A stretch of 64,000 bases of DNA. Origin: a virus. Its lineage: Duplodnaviria; Caudoviricetes. The DNA is taken from positions 596 to 64,595 of the IMG/VR virus record IMGVR_UViG_3300042691_027299; one strand, written 5' to 3'. A program made the translations under genes and the position numbers. A model generated the notes under the pieces. That model worked only from the letters and a program-made list of their open reading frames with translations, ran no database searches and was not told the origin of the DNA. Below are positions 43,722 to 55,000 of the stretch, in pieces; position 1 is the first letter of the stretch, and each line of letters begins with the position of its first letter.

Positions 43722-44669
43722 GTGACCGGCCCGATCCGCTCCCAAATTTTTGGTTTCCCCGTCAACATGGACGAGGCCGACGTTACGCGCGCCAAGGTGT
43801 TAAAAGACGGGCAACTGCGTGATCTTGTCGATGTGATCTATGACGCGCAGACCGGCGCGCTTGCCGGGCTGACGCCAACGGCTGACAGCATGCCGTATTT
43901 CACGGGGGCGACGACAGCCGACACAACACCAATCACGGCGTTTGCGCGGACGTTGCTCGACGATGCAAACGCTGCGGATGCGCGGGCAACGCTTGGCGTA
44001 AGTGCGAGCACAACCGCATCGGGTGTTACAAACGATAGTGGTGTGTCAGGCGCCACGGTTGCGGCGGCGCTTGATACGCTTTCTTCTGGCAAACAGGCTG
44101 CATCTGCCAACCTGTCTTCATGGTCCGCCCTGGCCACCTCGGCCAAAGCGGATACGTCACACGTCCACTCTGCTGCTGACCTGACCTCGGGTACGCTGCC
44201 TATCGCTCGTCTACCTGCCGGCTCGATAGTTCAAATCGTCGAGACGAAGAACACGGGTGTGTTCTCGACCGCGACGACGATCCCGGCTGACAATACTGTT
44301 CCGCAAAACACGGAGGGTGTCGAGGCATTCACTTTGAATGTCACGCCCAAAGAGTCCACCAGCAAGATCTTAGTCGAATGCTGGGGTATGTTTTCGGCCA
44401 GCACCACGGCAGCCGCGACGTTCGCTCTGTTCAAAGACAGCGACGCCTCCGCCTTTGCTGCTCAGTTGTTGAACGCGGCGGGCGCAAACTTCGCCGTGCC
44501 GTTCTACTTCGCCGGGTCTTTCACGGCGGGCACCACCTCGGCCATCACGATCAAGTTCAGGTTTGGCGGCAACGGCACAAACACGGTGCAACTCAATCAG
44601 ATAAACAGTGTCGCCTACCTCGACACATCCGACGGCTGCCACATCAAGATCACCGAGATCAAGGTCTAA
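43722..44669 (+). CDS. Fibre protein
   Basis: LLDDANAA..RATLG shaft motif, H.HSAADLTSGTL, GSIVQ..; C-terminal ITEIK. Confidence 0.75.
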   Translation: MTGPIRSQIFGFPVNMDEADVTRAKVLKDGQLRDLVDVIYDAQTGALAGLTPTADSMPYFTGATTADTTPITAFARTLLDDANAADARATLGVSASTTASGVTNDSGVSGATVAAALDTLSSGKQAASANLSSWSALATSAKADTSHVHSAADLTSGTLPIARLPAGSIVQIVETKNTGVFSTATTIPADNTVPQNTEGVEAFTLNVTPKESTSKILVECWGMFSASTTAAATFALFKDSDASAFAAQLLNAAGANFAVPFYFAGSFTAGTTSAITIKFRFGGNGTNTVQLNQINSVAYLDTSDGCHIKITEIKV

Positions 44670-44675
44670 TCGCAT

Positions 44676-45131
44676 ATGTATACAATCACCTCGTTGCGCT
44701 GGCTCAACCAGGCACAGACCCTGATCGAGGCAGTAACCGAAGAAGCTGGGGTCGTCCTCTACAACCCCAGCCGCCCGGAGTGGCCAGACGTTAGTGCCCG
44801 TCAAGACATCGCGACCTACGTCCCGCCGCAAGTAAGCCCTGCACAAGTCAAGGCAGAGGCCTCACGGCGCATCTTGGAGGCGTTTCCTCTTTGGAAGCAA
44901 ATGAACATGAATGCGCGATCCAACGAGTTGTTTCGCATTCAAGCGGGCTACATGCGGGATTCCGACAATACCTTCCAGCCGGCCCGCGCGTTGACCTCTG
45001 AAGAAACCGCAGAAGAGGTGGCGTTGCGGGAGGCCTGGGATTGGGTGAAGGCGGTGCGCGCCGCGTCCAATACCATCGAGGCAATGAACCCTATTCCGCA
45101 GGACTACACCGCAGACGCGCGGTGGCCGTAA
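44676..45131 (+). CDS. Fibre chaperone-like protein
   Basis: VKAEASRRI...P.WKQ.N...DY.AD.RWP. Confidence 0.7.
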   Translation: MYTITSLRWLNQAQTLIEAVTEEAGVVLYNPSRPEWPDVSARQDIATYVPPQVSPAQVKAEASRRILEAFPLWKQMNMNARSNELFRIQAGYMRDSDNTFQPARALTSEETAEEVALREAWDWVKAVRAASNTIEAMNPIPQDYTADARWP

Positions 45132-45163
45132 GCGGTTGGCGCCTGCCCATCTGAGGATCGCAA

Positions 45164-45766
45164 ATGGCCTCCGAAACCGACATCTGCAATCTTGCCCTGA
45201 CCCGGTTGGGTCACAGCATGATTTCCGCTCTCAACGAGGGAACCAAGGCGGCAGATCTGTGCAATCTGCACTACCCTTTGGCGCGAGATTTCATGTTGCG
45301 CGATCACCATTGGAATTTTGCCATTAGGCGATCGACGCTGGCCTTGTCGGCCACAACGCCCAACCACGAGTTTGCCTATCAGCACGCCTTGCCGGCGGAT
45401 TGCCTCAAGGTGATCCGCACGGACCTTGACGATATCGCGGGCGGGATCGAGTACGGCTATCCGTATTCGACGGGGGCTCCTTACAAGATCGAGGGGCGGT
45501 ATTTGCTGTCAGATGAAACGACCGTCAGGCTTGAATACGTCGCGCGGGTGACGGACGCAGCGCAATTCGACACGCTGTTTGTCGATTGCTTGGCGCAGCG
45601 ATTGGCCGCCGAGCTGGCTATGCCGCTGGCCGACAACGCCAGTCTCGCAAAAACGATGTGGGATATGTACGCGGCCAAGATCCGCGATGCGCGCAGCGTC
45701 AACGCGCAAGAAGGCACGCCGCGTGAGTTTGTTGACGCCACCGGCTGGCTGACAGCGAGGCTCTGA
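45164..45766 (+). CDS. Tail tubular protein A (T7 gp11-like)
   Basis: ICNLAL..LG, H.WNFA and LPADCL motifs. Confidence 0.88.
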   Translation: MASETDICNLALTRLGHSMISALNEGTKAADLCNLHYPLARDFMLRDHHWNFAIRRSTLALSATTPNHEFAYQHALPADCLKVIRTDLDDIAGGIEYGYPYSTGAPYKIEGRYLLSDETTVRLEYVARVTDAAQFDTLFVDCLAQRLAAELAMPLADNASLAKTMWDMYAAKIRDARSVNAQEGTPREFVDATGWLTARL

Positions 45767-45768
45767 TC

Positions 45769-48234
45769 TTGGCTAAAGTCACCTATCCGATTACGAATTT
45801 TAGTGGCGGTGAGCTATCGCCCCGGCTGCGCGGCCGTACCGATATCAAGAAATACGCCTCCGGTTGCCGCACGCTGGAGAACTTCGACATCGTTCCGCAC
45901 GGTGGCGCCCGTAAGCGCTCGGGCACGCGGTTCGTGTGCGAGCATTTCAGCGCGCTCCGGCTAGTGCCGTTCGTGTACAGCACCGAGCAGAGCTATTGCC
46001 TCGGGTTCGGGCACGAGTTCGTGTGGTTTTTCAAAGATCGGGGCGTCATCACGTTTACCCCGGTTGCCATCACCGGCATCACGCAGGCCGCCAATGGCGT
46101 GGTGACGGCAACATCGCACGGGCTGACGACCGGAGACTATGTGCAAATCCTTTCGGTCGGAGGAATGACCGAGGTCAATAATCGGATTTTTGAAGTCACG
46201 GTGCTGACCGCCAACACGTTTGAACTCAACGTCGATACCTCGGGATATACCGCCTACACGTCCGGCGGCACAGTGGGAGAGGTCGTCAACTTGGTCACGA
46301 CCTACTCGATGGCCGATGTCGACGAGATGACCTTCGCTCAGGTTTACGATACGCTCTACATTGCGCATCGATCGCATCCGCTTCGCAAGATCACCCGGTT
46401 TTCGGACACGTCCTGGACGCTGACGGCTCCAACAATCACAACGGGGCCGTTCCGGACGATTAACGGCAATCCCGATCTCAAGATCACGCCGAGCGCATTT
46501 TCCCTTGCTGCGACAGCGTATGGCACTTACACGGTCGGCACCAGTTGCACACTGACGGCCACCACGAACGCCTTCGATTCGGATATGATCGGCGGGCTGT
46601 TCCGGCTCAACGAGGAAGGCGCAGTTGGCGTGTCTTCGGCGCCGCTGGGATCGTCGGGCATTACCATCTCAGCCGGCTCGACCTATACCAATGCGGGAAA
46701 CGTGTACGGGGTTGCCAGCGTCGCGGGCACTGCCAACTGGGGGCAATACACGAGGGTCCCCGATCACACGTCCGGTCGCGTCCGGGTGTTTGGACCAACG
46801 GCATCAAACTACTTCGACTCTGACTTCCTGCATCCAGGCTATTGCATCGTACGGATCACGGCCGTCACGTCGGCCACCGTCGCGACTGCCGAAATTGTGC
46901 GGTATCAGATGCCCGAGTCTGTCGTCCGCGCCGGCACAAGCCTTTGGGAAGAGGGCGCCTGGTCGGATTATCGTGGTTATCCGGGAGCGCTGGCGTTCTA
47001 CGAGCAGCGTCTATTCCTGGCCGGGTCGACTTCGGAGCCGTCGGTTATTTGGGGCACGCGATCGGGCGGCTATGAGGATTTCACCGACGGCAGCGAAGAC
47101 GACAAAGCGGTGACGTATCGCATTGCCGGCGGCTCGGCCGATGTGATCCGGTGGCTGGCCTCGGGCCGCGTCTTGATGGCGGGCACCAGCGCGTCGGAAT
47201 ATGCGATTGCGGCGAGCAACCAGAACGAGGCGCTGACCCCTACCAACTTTAAGGCCGTCGTGCAGACCTCCTATGGCACGTCGGAAGCGCATCCGGTGCG
47301 CGTCAATCAGCTTGTGCTCTATCCGCAGCGCGATGGCGCGGCAAACAACCCCGCCCGCAAGCTCCGGGAGTACCAATACAGCTATGCCGATGATGCCTTC
47401 CAATCCACGGATCTCACGATTTTTTCTGAACACATCATGGGCGCCGGCTTCACCGAGGTGGCTTATGAACTCGTGCCGGATAGCGTGATCTGGTGCCGGC
47501 GCACGGATGGCACGCTGGCAGCCTGCACCTATGAGCGGGCGCAAGAGATTATTGCCTGGGGCCGGCATATCCTGGGCGGCAGTGGCGAGGCGCAATCGAT
47601 CTGCGTCATCCCATCCGATGAGGGCGATGAGTTGTGGCTGTCCGTGCTGCGCAACGGAGCGTATTCTATCGAGGTGATGCTGCCGCCATTCCAGGATGAC
47701 GCCGACAAAGAAGACGCGGTGTTGCTGGATAGCTCGTTGACCTATTCGGGCACATCGACCTCGACACTCTCGGGGCTCTGGCATCTGCGCGGGCAGGATG
47801 TGAAGGTGCTGAACAACGGCGCTGTCGAAAGCCACACAGTGACGAGCGCTGGCCGCGTCACGCTCAACCGAGCCACGACCAAAGCGCACGTTGGCTATGG
47901 CTACACGGCGGTTCTGGAAACCCAGGATCTAGAAGCGGGCGCCCAGGCGGGAACGGCGCAAAGCCGGGCCAAGCGCATCAGCCAGGTCTACCCGCGACTG
48001 GTCGCGTCCCTTGGTGGCAGCATGGGGCCGGATGCGTCCAACCAAAAGGCGCTGCTGTATCGGCGCGCAACGCAGCCGATGGATGCAAGTCCGCCGCTGT
48101 TTACGGGTATTTCTCAGGAAAGCGTGGATTTTCCATCGGGCTGGGATCGTGAAGCTGTGGTAAGAATTGAGCACGACGATCCATTGCCGTTTCACGTTAT
48201 CGCGTTGGTCGCTGAACTCTCGACTTCGGGGTGA
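45769..48234 (+). CDS. Tail tubular protein B / nozzle (T7 gp12-like)
   Basis: NFSGGELSP, GG...RSGT and YP....FYEQRL motifs; TTG start. Confidence 0.9.
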   Translation: MAKVTYPITNFSGGELSPRLRGRTDIKKYASGCRTLENFDIVPHGGARKRSGTRFVCEHFSALRLVPFVYSTEQSYCLGFGHEFVWFFKDRGVITFTPVAITGITQAANGVVTATSHGLTTGDYVQILSVGGMTEVNNRIFEVTVLTANTFELNVDTSGYTAYTSGGTVGEVVNLVTTYSMADVDEMTFAQVYDTLYIAHRSHPLRKITRFSDTSWTLTAPTITTGPFRTINGNPDLKITPSAFSLAATAYGTYTVGTSCTLTATTNAFDSDMIGGLFRLNEEGAVGVSSAPLGSSGITISAGSTYTNAGNVYGVASVAGTANWGQYTRVPDHTSGRVRVFGPTASNYFDSDFLHPGYCIVRITAVTSATVATAEIVRYQMPESVVRAGTSLWEEGAWSDYRGYPGALAFYEQRLFLAGSTSEPSVIWGTRSGGYEDFTDGSEDDKAVTYRIAGGSADVIRWLASGRVLMAGTSASEYAIAASNQNEALTPTNFKAVVQTSYGTSEAHPVRVNQLVLYPQRDGAANNPARKLREYQYSYADDAFQSTDLTIFSEHIMGAGFTEVAYELVPDSVIWCRRTDGTLAACTYERAQEIIAWGRHILGGSGEAQSICVIPSDEGDELWLSVLRNGAYSIEVMLPPFQDDADKEDAVLLDSSLTYSGTSTSTLSGLWHLRGQDVKVLNNGAVESHTVTSAGRVTLNRATTKAHVGYGYTAVLETQDLEAGAQAGTAQSRAKRISQVYPRLVASLGGSMGPDASNQKALLYRRATQPMDASPPLFTGISQESVDFPSGWDREAVVRIEHDDPLPFHVIALVAELSTSG

Positions 48235-48239
48235 TTTGA

Positions 48240-48731
48240 ATGTGCATGATGGCCGTCGGCGCGATTGCTGGACTTGCCGGATCGATGGTCAGCGCGATGG
48301 GTGCCAAGCAGCAGGCCGACGCGCAGGCACAGCAAATGGAATACAACGCAACGGTGTCCAAGATCAACGCGCGGCAGAACCGCATGCAGGGCATGGCCGA
48401 GCAGGAAAAGCTCGGCATGAAGTACGACAAGGTTGAAGGCACCGGCATTGCTAACGCGGCCAAGGGTGGCGTCGATCCGACGTATGGAAGCGCGGCGCTG
48501 ACGATCTTCGGGTCCAACTGGCAAGACAGAACGATGGACCAGGGCACCGCTTACGTGAACGCGGAAAGCGCGGCGGTCGGCAACGAGAACAAGGCCAAGG
48601 ATCTCGAAGCCCAGGCAGCTTCGACGCGGCAGGCGGGCAAGATCGCGGCGGCGGGTACGTTCCTGAGTGGTATTGCCGGGACCATCAAGGGGTTCGGCGG
48701 CAGTGGCGGCGCATTGAAGATCAACGCATAA
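48240..48731 (+). CDS. Internal virion protein (T7 gp14-like)
   Basis: MC start, Ala/Gly-rich, GVD...GS motif; position. Confidence 0.75.
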   Translation: MCMMAVGAIAGLAGSMVSAMGAKQQADAQAQQMEYNATVSKINARQNRMQGMAEQEKLGMKYDKVEGTGIANAAKGGVDPTYGSAALTIFGSNWQDRTMDQGTAYVNAESAAVGNENKAKDLEAQAASTRQAGKIAAAGTFLSGIAGTIKGFGGSGGALKINA

Positions 48732-48744
48732 GGCGGGGGCTGCT

Positions 48745-51700
48745 ATTCCCAAGATCCCTGTGACTGAGCAGACGGTTGGCTATGAGCCCCGTCCGCAACC
48801 GTTCTCGACGGGTGATGGCTATGAAGCTCCCGGCCGCGCCATGCAGGCGCTTGGGCGGGGCATCGCGTCGTTGGGCGATGCGTTCGGGTCGTTCGCGGCG
48901 GAGCAGGACAAGGAAGCCGAGTTTGACGACAAGCTCCGCGTGGCAAAGGCGCTGAACAACGCCGATGCGGAGCTGTTGCAATTCAAGGAGACGTATCAGG
49001 GCGACGGCTCGGATTTCGAGGGCCGGTCGCAGGACATCTACAAGAAGCACATGGACCCGGTGACGGGGGAACTGCGATCCAAGCGGATGCAGCAATCTTA
49101 TCCGTTGTTCTATGAGCAGCAGCGCGGCAATCGCTACGAGCGGGCGATTGAGCACGGGTCTAAGCTGCGCACGCAGACGCGGGTGATTGCGACGCAAAGC
49201 CTGCTGGAAACGCAGATCGGCGCGCTGGACTGGTCGACTGCGGAAGCGGCTGAGCAGTCGATGACCACGGCGGTCGGGCTCGGCCAACGCATGATCGATG
49301 AGATCCCCGGCCTGACGCCAAAGCAGCGCGAAGAACAATACAAAAATGTGCGCGCGATGTTCGATCAGTCGATCAACAACCTGATGGCCAAGGGTAAGAT
49401 CCCGGCCGGTGTGGTTGGCCCGACGCTGGAGCGCATTCGGGAAAAGCTCGGCGGTATGGTCGAGACGGAGCCGGTTGTGCCGACTGGCCCGGTTTCCGAC
49501 ATTCGGGACTTTACGTCGAAGCCGGGGCGCGGGTTTGGCCGCCTGGAAAAGCCGACGCATATCGTGCTGCATGACGTGTCGGGGGACGATCCCGGCCGCA
49601 AGCGGGTGCCGCAGGGCGGCAACATCCCGCAGTATCACATCACCTTCGACAAGAGCGGCATCAATCTTGAGGTGCCTTTTGATCGGCAGGCGCCACACGC
49701 GCGCGACTTCAACAAGCACTCGATCGGCATCTCGCACATCGGCTATGAAGGCGACACCCTTGATCCGCAGGCGATCAGGAACGGCGCCAAGGCCGTGCTC
49801 ATGGTGCAGGAGAAGTTCGGCATTCCGGCCGAAAACATCCTGACGCATCCCGAAGGCGGCCCGCGCGCCACCAAAAGCGGCGGCAAAGATCCAAAGGAAG
49901 CCGCCTGGCGCAAGGATGTGCTGGACTATATCGGCGCGAACCGGGCGCAATTGCTGGCCGAACTGCAAGGCGGTGGAGCCGCGCCGCAGGTCGCGGGCAC
50001 GGCCGCTCGCGCGGTCAGCCAGTCCGGCCTGGACTTCATCAAGAAGGAAGAAGGCTGGAGGCCGCAAGCCTACGCTGACGGGCGGCAGACCTCGGTCGGC
50101 TGGGGCACGCGCGGACGGCCCGGCGAAAAGATCGACGAGGCGGAAGGCGAGCGGCGGTTGCAGGCCGAGCTTGCTGAGGCCAACGCGGCGATCGACAAGG
50201 CGGTCAAGGTGCCGCTGGCCCAGCCGCAACGGGATGCGCTGGTGTCTTACGTGTTCAACGCGGGACCCAACGGCGCGGCGCGCAACGTGTTCGCGGCGAT
50301 CAACGACGGCGACATGAAGAAGGCCGCCGATCTGATGCGGGCCGACGACAAGGGGGGCGTCGTTGCCAACCGTCGCGGGCGCGAAGTGCAGATGTTCCTG
50401 GCGGGTGGCGCGCCGACAGGTGAAGACCTGAAAGCCCGGTCCCTGACGGCGGGCCGGGTTCCGGCCAATGATCGGGGCGAACCACGCGAAGCCAACGCCA
50501 TTCCTGGCGCCCCGGTGCGGGTGGCGGATGCTGGTGGTTCTGTAACCACGGACGCCACCAAGCCCGGCGCACTGACACCCGCACCCGGCCAGCGTCTCAA
50601 GAACTCGCTTGCGCTTGAAATGCTGCGCCATCTTGATGAGAAGGGTCCGACCTGGATCGACATGGACAAGAAGCGCGTCCAGGGCGCGATCAAAAGCGCC
50701 CGCGATAAGGTATTGGACGGCTACCCGCTGGATGAACCGACCGAAGCCGCGCTGTCCGCAGCGGTGCAGGGCGCTCGCGATCCCGCGCTGGCGTTGGAGC
50801 TTGGCGCCCTGACCTCGATGCGCGATGAAATCCGCAAGGCGCAGATCGCCCCAATGCCACAGACGCAGGCAATGATCGCGCAATGGCAGCGCGCGTTCCA
50901 GAACCGGACACCGACCGACGTTGAGAAAAAGGCCCTGGAGACGCTGCAAGATCTGGTCGTGAAGAAGGAAACCAAGCTGCGTGAAGACCCGTTGTCGTGG
51001 GCGCGGTCAACCGGCATCACCTTGCCTGGCGTCGACATCACGACGCAACTCAACAATCCCTCGGCCATTGACGCTCGGCTGGCAGAAGCGACCGTTGTGG
51101 CGCAGCAATTCCAGATCCCGATGCAGTATTTCACGGAAGCTGAGCGCAAGGGGATGGCCAAGCTGATCGAGCAGGGCGCCGATCCGTTGAGCATTGCCGC
51201 GCCGATTGTCGAGCGATGGGGGCCGATGCACGCCACGCAGGCCATGCGTGAGCTGTCCGACAAGATCCCCGAAGCGGCTATTGCGGGCTATCTGCTGCCA
51301 ACCAACCCGCAGTTGGCCATGGACATCTCGACCGACATGAAGAACCGGCAGGTCACGGGCTACAAGCCGATTGACCCGGACAAGATCATGGTGGAGAGCG
51401 CCAAGTCAGCGCTCGGCGATACGTTCGCGCAATTCCCGAAGGCCCAGCAAGACATGGTGATGGCGGCGGCAACCGCAGCCTGGAGAACGCGCGCCCACAA
51501 GACGGGACAGGCAACGCAAGAGACCTTGTTGCAGGCCATGCGTGAGGTGCTGGGCGAGCGCAAGGACGCCAAGGGCGAGGTCTACGGCGGCATCACCGAG
51601 ACGGGCAAGAAGACCGACCCGGTGCTTGGGAGGCGGCCGCACACGATTGTTCTGCCGCCGCAATGGAAGCAGGAGAGTTTTACGTCGCGCTGGACGCCGG

Positions 51701-52065
51701 GCGATGGGGAAAACTGGAAAACCGTCCTGCAAAAAGTCACGGACGAGGATCTGATTGCCGCCGGCATTGCGCCACCCGTCAACAGTCGAGGCGAACGCAT
51801 CCCGATGGCGAGCCTGTTGAGCAAGGGCACGCTCTCCCACGCCCGCGATGGCAATGCCAACGGGCGCTACGAGGTGGCGATGGGCGCGCTCGGGTCCAGT
51901 AAAGAGGATTGGGCGTTCGCGGGCGCGTGGGTCACGGACCCCTCGGCTCCGGGCCGCCCAACAGCGGGCAAGACGGCCAAGCCCAGTGGTCTGTTCGTGC
52001 TCGATCTCAACAAGCTCTATCCGATCCTGAAGCGCCGCTATCCCGGCGCCTTCTTCCCGGAGTGA
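48745..52065 (+). CDS. Internal virion protein with amidase_2 and GH24 lysozyme domains
   Basis: HIVLHD/YHI/APHA..FN.HSIGI/ILTH amidase; GLDFIK.EEG/DALVSYVFN.G/RR.RE lysozyme; probable ATT start (otherwise GTG at 48760). Confidence 0.85.
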   Translation: MPKIPVTEQTVGYEPRPQPFSTGDGYEAPGRAMQALGRGIASLGDAFGSFAAEQDKEAEFDDKLRVAKALNNADAELLQFKETYQGDGSDFEGRSQDIYKKHMDPVTGELRSKRMQQSYPLFYEQQRGNRYERAIEHGSKLRTQTRVIATQSLLETQIGALDWSTAEAAEQSMTTAVGLGQRMIDEIPGLTPKQREEQYKNVRAMFDQSINNLMAKGKIPAGVVGPTLERIREKLGGMVETEPVVPTGPVSDIRDFTSKPGRGFGRLEKPTHIVLHDVSGDDPGRKRVPQGGNIPQYHITFDKSGINLEVPFDRQAPHARDFNKHSIGISHIGYEGDTLDPQAIRNGAKAVLMVQEKFGIPAENILTHPEGGPRATKSGGKDPKEAAWRKDVLDYIGANRAQLLAELQGGGAAPQVAGTAARAVSQSGLDFIKKEEGWRPQAYADGRQTSVGWGTRGRPGEKIDEAEGERRLQAELAEANAAIDKAVKVPLAQPQRDALVSYVFNAGPNGAARNVFAAINDGDMKKAADLMRADDKGGVVANRRGREVQMFLAGGAPTGEDLKARSLTAGRVPANDRGEPREANAIPGAPVRVADAGGSVTTDATKPGALTPAPGQRLKNSLALEMLRHLDEKGPTWIDMDKKRVQGAIKSARDKVLDGYPLDEPTEAALSAAVQGARDPALALELGALTSMRDEIRKAQIAPMPQTQAMIAQWQRAFQNRTPTDVEKKALETLQDLVVKKETKLREDPLSWARSTGITLPGVDITTQLNNPSAIDARLAEATVVAQQFQIPMQYFTEAERKGMAKLIEQGADPLSIAAPIVERWGPMHATQAMRELSDKIPEAAIAGYLLPTNPQLAMDISTDMKNRQVTGYKPIDPDKIMVESAKSALGDTFAQFPKAQQDMVMAAATAAWRTRAHKTGQATQETLLQAMREVLGERKDAKGEVYGGITETGKKTDPVLGRRPHTIVLPPQWKQESFTSRWTPGDGENWKTVLQKVTDEDLIAAGIAPPVNSRGERIPMASLLSKGTLSHARDGNANGRYEVAMGALGSSKEDWAFAGAWVTDPSAPGRPTAGKTAKPSGLFVLDLNKLYPILKRRYPGAFFPE

Positions 52066-55000
52066 TGATGTTTTTCACCAAACCGAACTTTTCCCCGATC
52101 ATACTCCCGGACGACGCGGCCCTGGACAAGCCGGACCAGCCGACGGCTGGCGTTGGCGAGGTGTTCCGCACGCAGGAAGAGGCGGTCGACAAGTCGCGGC
52201 AATGGTTTTCATTCGAGGAAAACCGCAAGGACGTGTTTCGCGAGCACCGGAAAAAGATCAAAGATCTGACCGGCGAGGATATGCCGTTTGGCGAGGACTC
52301 GTCCGGCCTGATTTCCAGCATGAAATTCCAGGTCACGCCTGAGAAGGAAGTGGACCTCTACAAAGACTGGCACCAATACCAGCGCGACGGCGGAACGCTC
52401 GGGTTCAAGTCGTTCTATTGGAGCCGCTACGAGCAGGGCTATCGCGAGCGCTTGCAGTATTTGGCGGATAAGTATCCCCAGCACCGTGATGCGATCCTGC
52501 CGCCGGAGATGTCCTTCGAAAGCCAGGCGCGGCAGATGGGTGCGGACGCTGAGAAGCAGGCGGAGGAAGCGTGGGCGCGTTCCAAGGGCGTGGCGCCGTA
52601 TCTGGCGTGGCTGGGTGCCGAAGTAAAAGGCACGTTCAAAGACCCGCTGATGGTCGGCAGCTTGCCCTTGCAGAGCATGGTCTGGGCCGGCCGCTCGGCT
52701 GCGGGCATGAAGGGCATCGTTGAATCGTTCCTGAAGTCGGGCGCCGTCAACGCGGGCGTCGAGGTTGGCATGGCGCCGCTGCGCCAGGGCGCCCGTAAGG
52801 AATTAGGCCTCGACTATGGGGCGGGTCAGGCGGCTGTCGACATTGGCGCCGCGTTTGCGTTGGGCGGTGGATTGGATGCCGCGATACGTGGCACGTCGCG
52901 CGCCGGACGCTGGGCCTTTGGCTACGAGCCCGTGCTGGATGAAGCCGGCAAGGTGATGGCCTATCGCAAGAAGCTTGCGGATGGCCGCACCGTGGACGTG
53001 GCGCCGACCGTTCATGAGAAGGCCGAAGCCGGGGATGCGGCGGCTATCCGCCAACTGGCCGAAAAGGAAGGGCTCAACGACCCGCTCGCAATCCAGGCGC
53101 TCGATGCGCTGGAAGCCGATCAGCGGTTGGCCCAGAAGCCTTCATCCAAAATTCACGACGTTGAGCATGATGCGGCGCTCGCGCAGGCCACCCGCCACAT
53201 CGACACGCCGGAGCTTGAGCCGGTGCCGGTCGTGCGTGAGGTCTCGACCACGCAACTCCGTGAAATCACCGACATGCAGGCCGATGCGCGCGTGGAATTG
53301 AAGCGGCTGGAAGCAGACATCGAGGCACGGCTACGCGACGAGGCCAGCGTCGACACGGCACGGGCAGACGCCAAGGCGCGTGACGAGGTGCTGAGGCTGC
53401 GCACCGAGGCCGAGAAGGCACGGGCTGACCTGGAAACACAGATCGCGGCGCGCGAGCTTGAGATCCTGCGGCTCCGCGACGGCCTGATGAGCAAAGAGCT
53501 TCAGGATCTTCAGGACACAGGTCAATTCCGCGAGGACTACATCGAGGCCGTGATTGACCACGTTCCGGCCATGGAGATGCAGGCGCGGGCGCTTCAGGAC
53601 TTGGCCAAGCGCGCACCCGGCACGCCGGCCGAGGTGCGGCATGTGCTGTCGGAACTGCTGCAATCGCCAGACTACCGAGCCCCGACCGTGGACATCGGGC
53701 CAACCCCGCAAAGCCGGGGCCTCAAAGACAAGGCTCTGGATGACCCCTATGGCCCCGATGCCAAGGCGCAGGTCGACGCCTTGATGGCCGACCAGGCGCA
53801 GGAGTTGGGCCTAGCCCCGGTCCAGCGCGGCAAGGGCAAAGGGAAGCAAGCGGGAACCGCAGCGAAGTCGCCGGAAATCGACGCGAATTCGCCGGCACGC
53901 CAGCCGACAGCGCGGGAGTTGACGCCGGACCCGATCGAGCGGGCCGCCAATGTGGCGCGAGCCGTGGATGAGGCGGTTGCCGAAGCCGTTCAGGACGCAG
54001 CGATCTACCGCGACCCGGTGACGGGCGACATCATGAGCGAGGGCGAGGTTGTCGACCTCATTGGACTCTGGCGGTACGTCAAAGAAGAAAAGCGGCCGAA
54101 GCGTCCTCAAGGGCTGCAAGCCTTCATCATGGACACGGGCCGGCTCAAGGACCAAGGCGGCGAGATTACCGCCATGCTTGGCGGCAAAAACCGGCAACTG
54201 ATTTCGGAGAAGGGCTCCACGCTCGACGACGCGGCACTGCGAGCCTATGAGGCCGGATTTTTCCCCGAGCGGCCGTCAATTTCCGAGTTCCTTGACGCAC
54301 TGTCGCGGGACATCAATGGCGAGCCTGTGATACGATTGCAGGATGCGGCCGATCTTGAGGCATGGCGCGCCTTCCGGGATTTGGAGACCCAGCTTGACCA
54401 ACTTGGCATCGCAGGACTTAGAGACGAAACCGCAATCCGAGACCATTTCCGTGCGCGAGCGGTTGAAGGAAATGCGCTTGCTGGTCGCCAAGATCGAGTC
54501 GTGGAAGCGCGACCAGACGACGACATCCCATTCTTCCGAGTCACCCAAGACACCCAAGTAACCGACCCGACGCAACGCTTGGTCGATGCGGCCACGTCCG
54601 AATTCAATTGGATGGCGGGTGATGCAGGCGTCGGGTTCAACGTCTATGCCAATGCCAGGGCGTTGCCGGAGCGCTTGCGGGCTGCGGTTGAATTGCGCGA
54701 AGCAGCCGGCGGCCGTGTTGCTGCCTTTGACGATCCTCAAACCAATGCCGTCTATGTCTCGCTTGCCGCACTGCAAGACGGCGAGATTGCGCGCGTGGCG
54801 CATGAAGTGACGCATGCCCTGGAACGGCTCGGCATCCTACAGAGCGGCGATGTGGCGTTGCTGGCGGAACGGGCCAAGCTGGTTGGCGATGATGTGCTGG
54901 CCTTTGACCGGGCCTCGTATGAAGCGGACTTCCGGGCGCGGGGACTGAGCGAGAACCAGATTGCGGCGCGCGTCCAATCAGAAGAAGCGGCGCATCTGAT

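Noticed and set aside
48721-50949. 742-aa antisense ORF
   Set aside because: Shadow of the ejection protein gene; no recognisable domain.
51909-52064. ORF-track start of the giant protein
   Set aside because: Overlaps the upstream gene by over 150 nt; the TGATG-coupled ATG at 52065 is more plausible.
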